Below the pieces are notes generated by a model. That model was not told the DNA's origin and did no database searches. It saw only the letters and a list, made by a program, of their open reading frames with translations. From assembly GCF_009834535.1 (NCBI RefSeq), contig NC_045696.1, forward strand, positions 48,424,001 to 48,488,000: DNA of 64,000 nt. The letters run 5' to 3'. This document shows, in pieces, positions 24,538 to 37,595 of the stretch (the stretch's first letter is position 1; each line of letters opens with the position of its first letter). The position numbers were made by a program, and so were the translations under genes. This DNA comes from Camelus ferus (Eukaryota).

Positions 24538-26400
24538 GTTTACATTGTACCTGCAGGACTCCCTCCTATCAGAATTAAAATGCCAAGTATTTCAGGATAT
24601 GACAGGCATTTCCTGATGCATTATAGGAGAACTGGACATAGAGGAAACTGCTGGTTCACACCAAATTGAGGAAGGCTGTTCCTGCTTGTCAGAGGTCACA
24701 CTTCAGTGAAGTGTATTGTTAATCAAGAGGCCACCTGCACCAATCCGTGAGTCGTCACTGAGGATAGATATATTGGTGGATGGAAACATCTTTATTTTAT
24801 AAGTACTCATTGAAATTTTCTGAGACATTTTTTAGCCTCCTGTGAACAGGGACAGTTTCTCTTGAAGTTGAAGAGCAAAGCAGATACAGTTAATGGAAGA
24901 AAAAGAACACTTAAGAACCAATGCTCCACATTCAAGGCACCGTATTTCTGTTCCCCCTTTCAACTTAATTCTCTTGGAATTATAGTGCTCTTGTAAATAT
25001 CAATAGGACCATTCACTGTCTTTGAGGAGAAACGTTCTCAGTTGGAGCACTACACTTCAGTGCAAAAACCAAAGCCTTCTTATGCTTCAATTTTCCCGTC
25101 CAGAAAATAGGAATAACTGAGAAAATGGTCATCTTCTGGGGTCTTATTGGTAAAGTGTAAGATTCTTTGATCCTTGTAGAAGAAAATACGCCCATCATGG
25201 TGTGAATAAAAGGAGGACAAAATTAGCCGTTTATGCAGCCTACTCGGAACATATGCAACTCCACTAGCTGGAGTCAAACAGAATGCTCTCAGGAAGTTAT
25301 CACAGGAGCTACAGAGCAGATGTGCTATGACTTAGGAAAGATCTAAGACATTGAAAGGATATAATTTAATTCCAAAGTGCTGGAGAGGTCAGGAAAGGGA
25401 CTTAATAGATGTTACCTTAATGAGTATTTTTTTCGTTTGTACTTTTCAAATCCTGTTGAACAACAGAAAATTCCCACCATACATTTAGTTGTGTCTTCCT
25501 GATTCTCAGACCATAGGTATAAATGTTACTGCAAGTTATTCCTTTAATCCACTGTTCGAGAGGTGGAAACAAAAAAGACAAGGCTGTAGAAAGTTGGCAC
25601 AGATCTAATAGTAAGTAGTGCTGTTTTATGTTTCGTGCCAAAAGCTAGAGTTGTTGCTGCTATTATAAGAAGGGGAAAATAAGTGGCAAAAAGCTTTCTT
25701 TGGAAATAAATACACCACTGGCCTCAGGATGGGATGTGAAATCACCACCATCAACAGACAGTATTGTACCAAGAAAGCCATATTGAATTAGCCCACCTTT
25801 GTAATAGGAAGTGAGAAGCCATGTGGAAAGGCTTTTCAGCTCTGGATTGCAACTATATCTGAAATCAAGAGCTCAAAGTGTGAGAGAATGGTATCTATCT
25901 AGGGGAGAGAGTTCCTATTGCATACTGGGGTGCAAGGCCAGGATGTGCTGTGGGGAGTCATCTTCCCAGCTAAAAAAGAGAAAAGTTGGAACAAAATAAT
26001 GAGACTAAATTTTTTTTACTTTACATATATTTTTCTTATAAATAATATTCATCATCTTTTAGAATTTCTTAAGCAAGACTGAAAAGAGGCCCCTGGTTAT
26101 GGCTAAGGCCTGCCAGAAACTGCAGATCTCAAAGAGCATGCAGTTAAGCAGGATGAAGTCCTGTATCTTGTCTTCCTCTTTCTGTGTGTCTGCTGTATGG
26201 CCTTGTTATCAACAAGAAGCTGAAGTCTACTGGGGGCTTTTGCCTGATTGTATGAAAAAACTGTCAGATGACACCCTAAATAATATAAATGTGAAAGCGG
26301 TTGCTGGCCAGGCACAGAGCCTAACACTGGCAGGCTCATTTATAACAGAGTAATAACTAAAATTCAGATCTAAATTTAGAGGATCTAAAGCATAGATTGA
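24538..26400 (+). mobile_element. Ancient I/Jockey-group LINE fossil (APE endonuclease plus N-terminal RT)
   Basis: VYIV-LQDSLL 24538 (~DIVLLQETLL), MPSISGY 24580, DH 25007 (~SDH), ASGWD ~25720 (~APGxDG), KRPLVMAKACQK...MQLSRMK 26084 (~YRPISL.SC..K...MVL.RL), DCM...KAV; motifs occur in the expected order. Confidence 0.45.
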
Positions 26401-27081
26401 GTGGAATGTCATTCTTATTGATCTTTGTCAACTTTTACTCTGTTGCCCCATATATATTTTGTATCTCTCATTTCTCTGTTTTTTTTTTTCCACATCTCAT
26501 TTTATTTTACCCCTTTTATCTGACCCAAATTGAACCTCTGTATTTATTTGCTGTATTTGTTAGGATTGTCTTCAATTGTCTAAGAGTTTACTTTTGAAAT
26601 CTGAAGATAAACTGTGGTGGTCTGTGCAGTGATGCCTACGATGTTAAAAATGTCCCAGCCAGTTGCAATTTTTCTTTCACACCATCCTTAGCACATGGCT
26701 TTCATGGTTTCAAGATGCCGCTGTACCTATAGGCAACCTGTCCACATGCCAAGGAAAAAAAGGGGGAAAGAAGGAGAAAAAAACAAAAACATGTCAGCTG
26801 AATATTTATGCTTTTAAAAATGTTTACATTTGTTTATAGCATACTGACTAGAACAGGTTAACATGGCTACCCTCTATGATGGACTGAGGAAAAAAACTGA
26901 AATTCTCTTTAGTAAAGATGGATTTGGAATAGACAACTGGTGTTTACTGCAGTGGCCCCACTGCAGTTAATACTGTTCTGTGCTGCTATTTTAACAATAA
27001 TTGTACAGTTAGATTGCAGTCTCTTTAATTAAATCAATTGATTTGTTATAAAGCCACCTTCTGATAGTAACTCATTAAAAA

Positions 27082-27272
27082 GATGATTTTCAACATTCAG
27101 TGTGTACTGGCAGAACCTAGAAGACTTGTTAAAATAAAACAAATTGCTGGGCCCCACCCTCAGAGTGTCTGATCCAGAAGGTCTGGTATGGGGCCTAGGA
27201 ATCTGCATAATTAAAAATTCCCTGGTGATGCTGATGCAGCTGGTCCAAGGATCACACTTTGAAGGAAGCAGT
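27082..27272. mobile_element. MER5A (hAT-Charlie) DNA transposon
   Basis: attgctgggccccaccctcagag...tctgatccagaaggtctgg...ggtgatgctgatgcagctggtccaaggatcacactttga. Confidence 0.88.
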
Positions 27273-27417
27273 TTGGGAATTTTATAGGAAGATTTTACAG
27301 AGGTCACAGATTCTCAAAGCCAAGGTTTTGTGAGCCATGCTTTCTACATCTTTACAGGTTATAACATGTTCTTTATCTTTTGAGTTAGACTATGGGAGAT
27401 CCAAAAATGATACTTTT

Positions 27418-27535
27418 AAAAAAGTTTATTGAGGTATAATTGATTTACATTTCAGGTGTATAGAAAAGTGATTTAGTTATATGTTTTATATATAACAGTG
27501 ATTCTGTTTCTGTTTTGTACATAAGTTCATTGGTA
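27418..27535 (-). mobile_element. Very short L1 3'-end insertion
   Basis: tttattgaggtataattgatttaca...tttcaggtgtatag; flanked by caaaaatgatacttt / caaaaataatacttt (TSD-like). Confidence 0.7.
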
Positions 27536-29009
27536 CAAAAATAATACTTTATACTATGTATTATGTTTAATAACATAAGCACTAAATACCTATGTTCTTA
27601 ATGCAGAAATTTCCAACAACAGAGCCAGAGCCCTGCTGACCACTGACTCTGGCCTGATCCCTCAGTCTCTTCAATAGAGCTGACACTTGTTAGTGATTTA
27701 ATGAGTATTTTTTCATACCTTTTGAATTCGGTTATATTGTAATTGAATATCTATATATTTACTTAAAATTTATTATGTAAGTTTTAAAATATAAATGTTA
27801 TTATATTCTATGCATGTTTCATGGGATTGCTGTTGTCTACTTAATAATATCTTAGATTTTTCACAAAATTTGATTTTTAAAAATTAAAAATACAGCCTTT
27901 GTAAAATAATTAACAATATTCAGCTACCTATTAAATATGAGCCACATTACTCCTAGAAGTACAGGTAAGATAAATTATATATAAAAAACATAAAAAATAT
28001 TCTTAGTTCATATAGAAAATTTCTAAATAAACTTTGTGTTTTAATCGATCTCTTCAGATAGATGTTTTCTGTCTTACACTGGGAAAAATGAGGCAGTTTA
28101 TCAGTTTTTCCAAAATCGTTGACCATGTTTTAACTTGGAAATATACCTTTAATAATTGCTTTAAAACAGTTCTATTGCATTTATGTTTTAAAAAGTGATA
28201 CATATTTACAATAGCAAATTAGAAACAAAAGTATAAAAATTCAGTGAAAATGACAGATAATCAAACACTGAGAATAACCAGTGTCAATGTATTACTTCCT
28301 TTCCATATTTACCTAAAATTATAGCACCTATGTACAAGAAAATATGTATGAAAATGAATTTTGAATCATACTGTTTATCATGACATTTTGCTTTTTTCAC
28401 TTACTATTTCATGTGTTATTTAATAATTTCAGAACCATGACTTTCACTATTTCTATGATATTCTATCATAATGACCCTTAGTTTTCCTCCTTATTTATTT
28501 GACTTTTACTTTGCTTTAATTTTCCATTTCTGTGTATTGCTATAAACATTTGAATTCTTTGTGATTATTTCCATAGGCTAGATTCCTAGTAATTGTAATG
28601 CTAATCCAAAGAGAATATACTTACTTTCTGATACATATCACCAAATTGTTGTCTAGTTACTAAGGGTTCTAATATTATTACAATTTTTGAGCATTAAATA
28701 TCATTTAAAAACAAAGGAAAAATATTATTCTGTTGTTTCTTTCATTATTTTTTATTGCAGATGCTATGGATCATTTCCCTTAATTGGTGATTTGTTTTCT
28801 TTTTTATGAAATGTCTTCCTGTTATTTTCTATTGACTGTTTTCTATTATAGTATTAATTAGCAGTTCTGTTATTATAATTATAGATATTAATTTGTCAGC
28901 CTTTACAGTTCTGAGTATATTTGTTTATTATTTGTCTTTTATTAAGAAAAGATTTTTTTTAATGTTTGGAAAATATGTGGTCAAATTTATAAATATTTTC
29001 ATTGTAAAT

Positions 29010-29900
29010 TATTTTTTAAACTGCTTTATTGAGGTATGATTGACATATAAAATCCTGTACATATTTAATATATACAACTTGATGAGTTTGGAGAGAAGTG
29101 TACATCCATAAAACTACCAGCGCAATCTATGCCATAAACATATCCATCACCTCCAACACTTTTCTACCACCTGTCTGCTTTCTTTGTTTCTTTCTCTTTA
29201 AGAATTTATTTACAGGATTAGAAATATATAATGTAAGATCTCTCCTCTTGGAAGAATTTTAAATATACAATAAAGTGTTGTTAAGCTTTGTGCTACACAG
29301 GGGTTCTGGGACTTACTCATCTTATACAACTGAAACCTCATTTCCTTTCCCCCCAGGCCTTGTCAACCACTGTTCTACCCTCTGTTTCTGTGATTTTTGA
29401 CTATTTTAGATTCCTCATATGAGTGGTACCAGGTGGTATTTGTCCTTCTGTGTCTGGCTTTTTTCACTTAGCATAATATTTTCCAGGTCCATCATATACC
29501 ATGACCAAGTGGGATTTATCCCTGGGATACAAGGATTGTTCAACATATGTAAATCTATCAGTGTGATACACCACATTAACAGAATGAAGAATAAAAATCA
29601 CATGATCATCTCAATAAATGCAAAAAAGGCATTTGACAAGATCCAGAACCCTTTCATGATTAAAAATTAATAAAACCTCAACAAATTAGAGTATAGAAGG
29701 TACTTACCTCAACACAATAAAGGCCGTATTTGAAAAGCCCACAGATAACATTATACTCAATTTTTAGAAATTGGAAGACTTTTCCTTTAAGTGCCCACTC
29801 TCGCCACTTCTGTTCAACATAGTGCTGAAGGTCCTAGCCAGAGAAATTAGGCAAGAAGATAAAGGCATCCAAATAAGAAAGGAAGAAGCACAGTTATCCT
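29010..29900 (-). mobile_element. L1 3' end with inverted RT segment
   Basis: Minus-strand 3'UTR to ~29490, then plus-strand [22 protein letters not shown]...AKKAFDKIQ and [12 protein letters not shown]. Confidence 0.88.
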
Positions 29901-31294
29901 TGGGAATCCTTCTTTTGCTTTTCTGCTTTAAACATTCATTTATGAGTTTTTTTTTTAAATTTTTATAGATAACTCTTTAATCTGCTAGGAACTAATTTAA
30001 ATATAAGGCAATGTTAGTATAAGATACAATGTTACGGTATAAGTTGGGATTTTTCCAAGTTGTTAACAAATTAACCCAGTATCACTTATTAAGAAATTAT
30101 TTTATTCACTATTGATTTACATTGCAACATTTTTATATACTAAATGTAGCTAATATATTTACCAAATTCCAAGGAAAATGCTATTTAAATTTTCCTGTAT
30201 CTACTGTCAAATATATTTCTTCTGTATCTCTAAGTAAAATTTTATTATTTCTTATTTATAGATTCCACATAATTATTTATATCTTTTACAGCTGTTTTTA
30301 AGGTAGCTTATTTCCAGTACACAATGTTCTTTAGTTAAGCTACGATTTTGGGAGGGGTCACATCCCTGTTCTGTTTTCTCGGTAGTCGTTGACTTAGCCT
30401 CCCTTGGTCACATTTGAAGTAGACATTAGAAAATATGCCTGGTAGATGGTGGGGGGCCAAGGGTTGCTTCAAATTTCCTTCAGATATGATCTCTTTTAGC
30501 CCAGGCTGATGGGATTTTGGCAGTACAGAACTTTTAAGAATTTACCTTCTTACCTGTTTGTTTATACTTAGCTCCATGTGTCAAGAGCCACATTCAGAGT
30601 AGTTACATTGCATTGATTTTTATCCCCCATGGAGGTTATTAATAATTGATAATTGATTTTTATCTCTCCTCTCCTCCCTTCTAGTCACCTCTCCTCCCCA
30701 CCTCCCCTCTTCTCTCTTCTCTCTTTAATCATAGAGATCTTGGTCTTTGGGGCTTCAGAGGAGAATTACACGGTTAGTCTTTTCTTGAGCCAATTTATCC
30801 AGCTGACATTTTTTTTTTTTGCAAAACCCATCCAGAGTTGAACCTTTAAACTATGATATCTTAAAACCATCCAGAAATTTTAATACTGGATGTGATAGCA
30901 GTGCCCTTGATTTAAACTTTGTTCAAGGATCAGATTGCTTTAATTAGCTTTTGTCTGGGACACTTTTCTCAGTTTTTAGCAATGGGATTGAAAAGTAGTT
31001 GCTTCTTCTAAACTTGACTCTTCTCTTTTATTTCAGCTTGAAAATCAAATAATTCTTTCTGATATCAATTCTTTTCTATAATAATTGCCATATTCTGCCA
31101 ACAACATCCCAACACATTCTGTTAATTGTTCATTTTTCAAATTTTTCCTAGGGTTACAGGTTTGTTAGGTATAAGATATGTCTTCCAAATTACTGTTGGC
31201 AAGTCTTTACAAAATGTTTTGCATGCCATGTATTGCCACCTTTTCAGCTTTTAATAAGCAGTTTCCTTGGGTCACCCACTGCTCAGTCCTTAAA

Positions 31295-31425
31295 CCAGTG
31301 GGAGAAACTGAGGTGCTTACAGGTTAAATAGATACTCAAGGAATCACAGCTAGAAAGTGATGAAGCTGTCATTTGATACCAGATAGCTTAAATCCAGAGC
31401 CCAGCATTAGCCACTGTGCTGTATT
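31295..31425 (-). mobile_element. MIR fragment
   Basis: gagaaactgaggtgcttacaggttaaatagatactcaagg...cacagctagaaagtg. Confidence 0.7.
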
Positions 31426-31684
31426 TCTATTAAAGTTATATTGTATATGAAAGGGAAAGGAACATGCAACTTAAAATGTTTCATTAATTTTTTTCACTTG
31501 CTTTATATGTGATCTTTCATAATGTCAGATGTTGCTTATTAAATTGTAGATAAAAAGACACATGGTCAAGAAGTTAAAGTATCTGTTCTTCTCTCTGTTT
31601 ATTATCAAGTAATATTCTGTATAGTGTACCTTGTGCTCTTTAAAACACACACATACACACACATATACAGGAATCCATTTTTCT

Positions 31685-32475
31685 TTTTAAAAATAAACTT
31701 TATTTTTAGAGCAGTTCTGGATGTACAGAAAGGTTACAGATGGTATAAAGTTCTATATACCCTTCACCCGGTTTCCTATTATTAATATCTTTCATTAGTA
31801 TAGTACATTTGTTACAATTAATGAACCAGTATATTAACACATTATTAAGGCCCATGCTTTACTGGGATTCCCTTAGTTTTTACCAAGTGTTCTTTTTCAG
31901 TTCCAGAATCTCATTAAGGATACCATGTTACATTTAGTTGTCATGTTTGCTTTAGCTCCTTTTGGCTTTGACAGTTTCTCAGACATTTTTTGTGACCTGA
32001 CAGTTTTGAGGGATATTAATCAGGTATTTGTAGAATGCCCTCTATTGGCATTTGTTTAATATTCTTCTCATGATTACACTGGGGTTTTGGGTTTTGGGAA
32101 GAAAGACTACAGATTTAGAGTGCCATTTTCATCACATCACATCACATCACATCATGGCTCTTTACTATCGACAGGACTTACTGATGTGGACCCTGATCAT
32201 CTGAGTGAGGTAGTGTTTATCAGATTTCTCCACTGTGAAGTTACTCTTGTTTGCCCCTTTCCAATAGAGAGATATCCTACAGATATTTGACCAATACTCC
32301 TCAAAATTGTCAAGGTCATTAAAAACAAATAAAATCTGAGAAACTGTCACAGCCAAGAGGAGCTAAAGCAGATATGAAAACTAAACGTAACATGGATAGA
32401 CATTAATATGCACAACCCACACTAAGGAAGTTATGATCCACCTCCTTGAGGGCAGAATATCTATATAAATTATCC
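31685..32475 (-). mobile_element. L1MC-type 3'UTR containing an inverted duplicate
   Basis: actttatttttagagcagtt...tacatttgttacaattaatgaacca...gacagtttctcaga; 32261-32397 is an inverted copy of 31921-32048. Confidence 0.8.
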
Positions 32476-33039
32476 AATGTCTACAAATGTCCATAAAACA
32501 GTGAATGTTTATTTCCACTACCAATATTCTTCAAGCTAAGTAAAGTGACAGATATTTGCTTTTTGAAAATGAATTTAATTTCTCGTCAGTGATAGGATTT
32601 ATGAGCCATCATGACCTTTACAGAATGAAAAGCACACAATATGAGGCTCAGAGGAAGAAAAAGAAATGATGAATGAAGATATATACATCACTTAGATTTA
32701 TAAGTTTATGTAAGGGCATATCTTTATGTTTATTTAGCAATATTTGAAGATAAATTATTCTATACACTTGAATAATAAGACTAAAAGATGGCAACATGCA
32801 AATTACAAAAATGTCAAAATGAGGAAGTCTGCTAAAGATTACTTCAGAATGCATCCTTCCTTTGCCTAAGTTTTGTTTTATTTAACAGCTAACAGAAAAA
32901 TCTACTGCTTTCATTTGTGTGTGATGCTCATGCCATCAAAACAATGGTGTTAAAGGCAAAATTTTGAAAATTTTACTAATTTCTTGCTAATATATCTTTA
33001 CTAATATTTCTTACTAATATTTATTTACTGATATCTTAC

Positions 33040-34500
33040 TAAGATAAGATATATGTAGAAAAACACTTCATAATTATACAGGTTAATTTTTACAAAGTGA
33101 ATGTATCCCCGTTACCAGCATGCAGGTCAAGAAATACTACATTACCAACACCACAGAGGCCTCCAGTGCCCCTCCTCAGTCACTACCCTCAAAAGCAAAC
33201 ATTAACCTGACTTCTAACACTGTAGTTTTTTTTTTCTTTTTACACACCACATAAATTAAATCATATAGTATGTACTTTTTAAATATCTGACCTGTTTTAC
33301 TCAATATTATAGTCATGAGTTTCAGCTTTTTGCTCTGTACCTTTATAGTTGCTCTATTATAACTGCTATGTGATAACTGTGGGAATATATCACAATTTAT
33401 TTATTCTATTATTGGATATTTGGGTAGATTCTAGAATTGAGAGGGTATGAGTAGTGCTGCTATAAACATTATTGTATGTTTTTCTGGTGAATATATATAT
33501 ATATATTTGTTGCATTTTTATGAAGGAGTTGAATTGTTGAAAAAAACACCATCCTTTCACAGTTGCACTAAAATGATCTTGCGTATGTTAATTCGATTTG
33601 CCTATAGTTATGTCAACTTCACGCTGTAATAAGTAATACAGCTTTATTCTAAGACAGTATGGTACTGATATTTAGCAGTTTAAGTCTTTCAACATTTTGT
33701 GTCTTTAAGATTGCCATTTTCTTTTCATGTAATATCAGCTTATCAGTTTACAAGCACACACACACACACACACAAAGCTTTTTAGGATTACAGTGAATTT
33801 TGAAGATCAATTTGGAAAGAATCACTATATTTGCAGTATTAAAATTTGCAACCCATTCATATCACATATTCCTCCATATATTTAGAAATACGATACATCC
33901 CGCATGTATTCAAAGATTTAAAATCTCTCTCTAATTCTCTGTCTACACACACCTATATGTAATTTCTATACATAAATATAAATAAATATATAACAGAATT
34001 GTATTTTATTTTACAAACATAATGTTATATATGTATCTGTATGTGTGTTACTTAGATGTTTTACACAACTTTTATTAGATTTATTTATTAGATTAATCCT
34101 AATAAATTCATTAGATTTATTGCATATTAGGAGATTTATTCCTAGGCATTTGATGTTTTCTGATGCAATTATAAATGGTATCTTTTTATAACTTTTATTT
34201 TCTATACACTAATACTGATATATAAAAATAAATTAATACATTAAATTAAACCACATAAAACATTTAATATTAATTATTTTGACCTATGAAAATATTAACT
34301 TTGTATTATTAAACATAATACATTCACCTTGAATCCACTGATGTGGTTATATTTACATATTAATTTTAGTAGTTGGCCTATGGATTTCTTTGGATTTTCT
34401 ATTTATAATTGCTTTGTCTATGACAATTCTATTTTTCTAACTTTTACTATTTGTTTCTGTTTTTCTTGCCTTATTGCTTTGACTGGGATCTTAATGTTAC
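33040..34500 (-). mobile_element. Old L1ME-type 3' region
   Basis: caggtcaagaaatactacattacca; cctgacttctaacac; tgagtagtgctgctataaacatt. Confidence 0.7.
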
Positions 34501-37119
34501 TTTTAAGAGTCACTGTATTTACCTAGTTACTGCCCATGAGCCATGAGTCTATTTAAGGACTAAGCATTAGAATTCTGACTATATCACAAAAAGAAATAGA
34601 GTCAGTGAATGAGTTTTATCTGGAGCCATCAGAAGATTCTGATTTCTTATACAATAAATAATACTGTGCACTATTCAAAAAGGCGACCCTGTAAAATGAC
34701 TGTAATATCACCACAAAAACTTTGAATATTTTGTATGACTTTGTATCATACATATGCATATTTAATTTCATTCTTTTTTTTCTAACCTGTACCTGCTCAA
34801 TAATGGATATTTATTTTAGCACCTCAATTAGACTAACTCTATTTGTAGGTAGGAAATATCTTACTTTTTTTCATTACCTACAGTTTTAATTGGGTAAAAA
34901 CAAATCTGACCCTTGTATACATATTAATTGCCTAATTATGTTCTACTAGTTTCAATAACTTAAGCATTCTGTAGTCCTTAGATATGGAAAAAATAAGGTA
35001 TAATGTAGGTACTATTAGAACTTCTAATGGCACTTCACAGCAGGAGAGCACTTAAAATTATTTACAAAACAGATCTAATATGTTGTCTTATTTTAAACTT
35101 TGTATTTTTAGATAAGATTTTCAAAAGCTTTACTACATAAACACATGATATACACATAATATAATTTCAAATGATGGCATATAATTTTAATTTTATTATC
35201 ATCTGCTGGGACAGACTACTTGACACAGTAATAAAACAAGCTATGTTGAGCACCTGCTGTGTACTGTACCAGATATTGTGTAAACTACTGTGTATTAAAG
35301 AGATTTCAAGAGCTCACAGTCTAATGATTCAAGGAATTTTGGTGGCTGACTTGAGAATAGAAACCGTAATTCCCACTTTGCAGCAGGGGGAGAATCCCAT
35401 GGGTTAAAATTTCCTTTAGAGAGATTTCTATCCAGATGGTCTCAACCTAACTTTATGCCTCAGTACACTGGAAGGAAAACAACATATGGCATAACACATA
35501 AGGATTATTGTAAGAGCTTCCTAGTTTGGTACTCTGCCCTGGAGCCTCACCCTGTAATCTCTCCTGCACAGTGTTCTTTTATCAGATTAATGTTTCCTAA
35601 ACACAAAACATGACATTTTTCTTGAAGCTTCCAGCTTTACCCCATCCCATCCATACCTTTATTATACCCTCTCTCCCTCTTTCTTTTTCTGGATAAAATG
35701 AAAATTCTTCAGTGTAGCTATTCGTAGCCACCATTACCAGTTCCTGTCTTACCTACCCAAATACTCCTGTGACACACACCCTCAGTTTCTCCACACACAT
35801 CACTAAACATGGGCATGTTTATAATAAATCTGAAACTTCTGCTTGACACTGCCTAATTTCAAAATTGAAGTAACTTTTTCAATCATTTCCCACCTATTCC
35901 AGTGATTCCTTAGTCCTTCATGGTTATGGATCTTACTAAGATTTTGCCTAAAGCTATGTCCACCCCTAAAACTCATCTATGCACTGGTCATAAGAAATCC
36001 TGTTGTATTCTAACTCTAATTACCCTTTGCTACCCAAATGTCCAACTCAGATTTTACCTTCTTCTCTTGCTATTAATGAGTATTTTTTACCCAAGACCAA
36101 TTTACCTTTTTTTACCCTGTGCTGTGCTGGTCCAGATATTCATAGCCTTATACAGATAAGCATATTCAATCTCATCACATTTATAATTATTTATTTAAAA
36201 TTGTCACTAGAGAAATTATAGAGTAGTTTTTCATAAACAGAACTATATTTTCTGTCTTTACCTCAACCTCTGTACCTTCTTTCCCTCTGTCTTAGTATGA
36301 GCCTGCACCACAAAGATATAATTTATAAGGTCATGCAGATTAATTGCAAGCAACATTTGGCAGATAGCTTTGTAATGCATCACTAATGGCTATACATACA
36401 CACATGAGATTCAGTGGAAGGCAGCACTTCATATGAATACTAAAATGAGTTACATGCAACACTGTTAGTCCTGGCAAGCCAGAAAAGAAAAAAGAAGTCT
36501 CACAAGGCTGAATGCATTAGATTCTTTGTCCGTTATAAATAGACCATTGTAATATCTGTTTAATATCTCTTAAATGTTATCTCCTTGCAGGTGAGGCTTG
36601 GCTTATTTTTGTACAAGGGAACTTTCACCTTATGAGATTCCATTGGCTTCATCAGCATCTGTTTTAGATCTGACATTCAGACCAAGCCCAAGTGTATTGC
36701 TGAACAATTTGGGTATTTTTTGCATTCATTTACTATTGTTAGATTTTACTGATTTACTTAAATTGAACACAGGGCTCTTAGGTATTGGTAGAACATTTCC
36801 TTATATAACAAACAGGAAACTCAATCTTGAAACTTTGGCTGATGTTGGATAGGCTAATGTGCAGACTGGATGTTAGAGCCCCCCCATTCCTTTATATGAA
36901 AACTTCTGACCATTTAATTACTTTGTATTTTCTCATACAAGCATTTTTATTCATGCTAATTTCACCTAGAACTCCCTCTCTTCTACTTAGTATATAAGAC
37001 CTGACTCAAATTACAAGTTATCCAAGAAGACATCTCTTATCACACTTATTCAGCGAACTTTTATTGCTATTAACTACTATAGTCCTTACCCTTGACAAAA
37101 CATAGTTAGAAGTCATATA

Positions 37120-37595
37120 CAGATGTTCCTCAATTTATAATGGGGTTACATCCAGGTAAACCCATCGTAAGTGGAAAATACTGCAATCTGAAAATGCATT
37201 TAATATGCCTACCCTACTGAGCATCATAGCTTAGCCTGACCTACCTTAAACATGTTCAGAACAGTTACATTAGCCTACAGTTGGGCAAAATCATCTACTA
37301 CAAAGACACTTTTAGAATAAAGTGTTGAATATCTCATGTAATTTATTGAATACTGTACTGAAAGTGAAAAGCACAATGGTTGTGTGGGTAACTGTATTGG
37401 TTGTTCACCCTCGTGATCAAGGAATGACTGGGACCTGTGGCTCCCTGCCACTGCCCAGCATCGCCAGAGAGTATCATACCACATATTTCTAGCCTGGGAA
37501 AAAATTCAAAATTCAAAAAAGTACAGTTTCTACTGAATGCATATAGCTTTCACACCAGTGAAGTCGAACCATCGAAAGAAAGTCCAGGCTATATG
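37120..37595 (+). mobile_element. Tigger5/MER47-like TcMar DNA transposon
   Basis: TA|cagatgttcctcaatttataatggggttacatcc...aagtcgaaccatcg...tatg|TA; TA flanks at 37118-37119 and 37596-37597. Confidence 0.85.

Noticed and set aside
25080..25277. Minus-strand ORF with a hemopexin-like HDGRIFFYKD motif
   Set aside because: Single short motif with stops on both sides; the plus-strand LINE-fossil reading explains more of the region
36570..36715. Candidate exon after the acceptor-like tctccttgcag
   Set aside because: All three frames hit stops before a weak donor; no recognisable protein. A non-coding exon cannot be excluded
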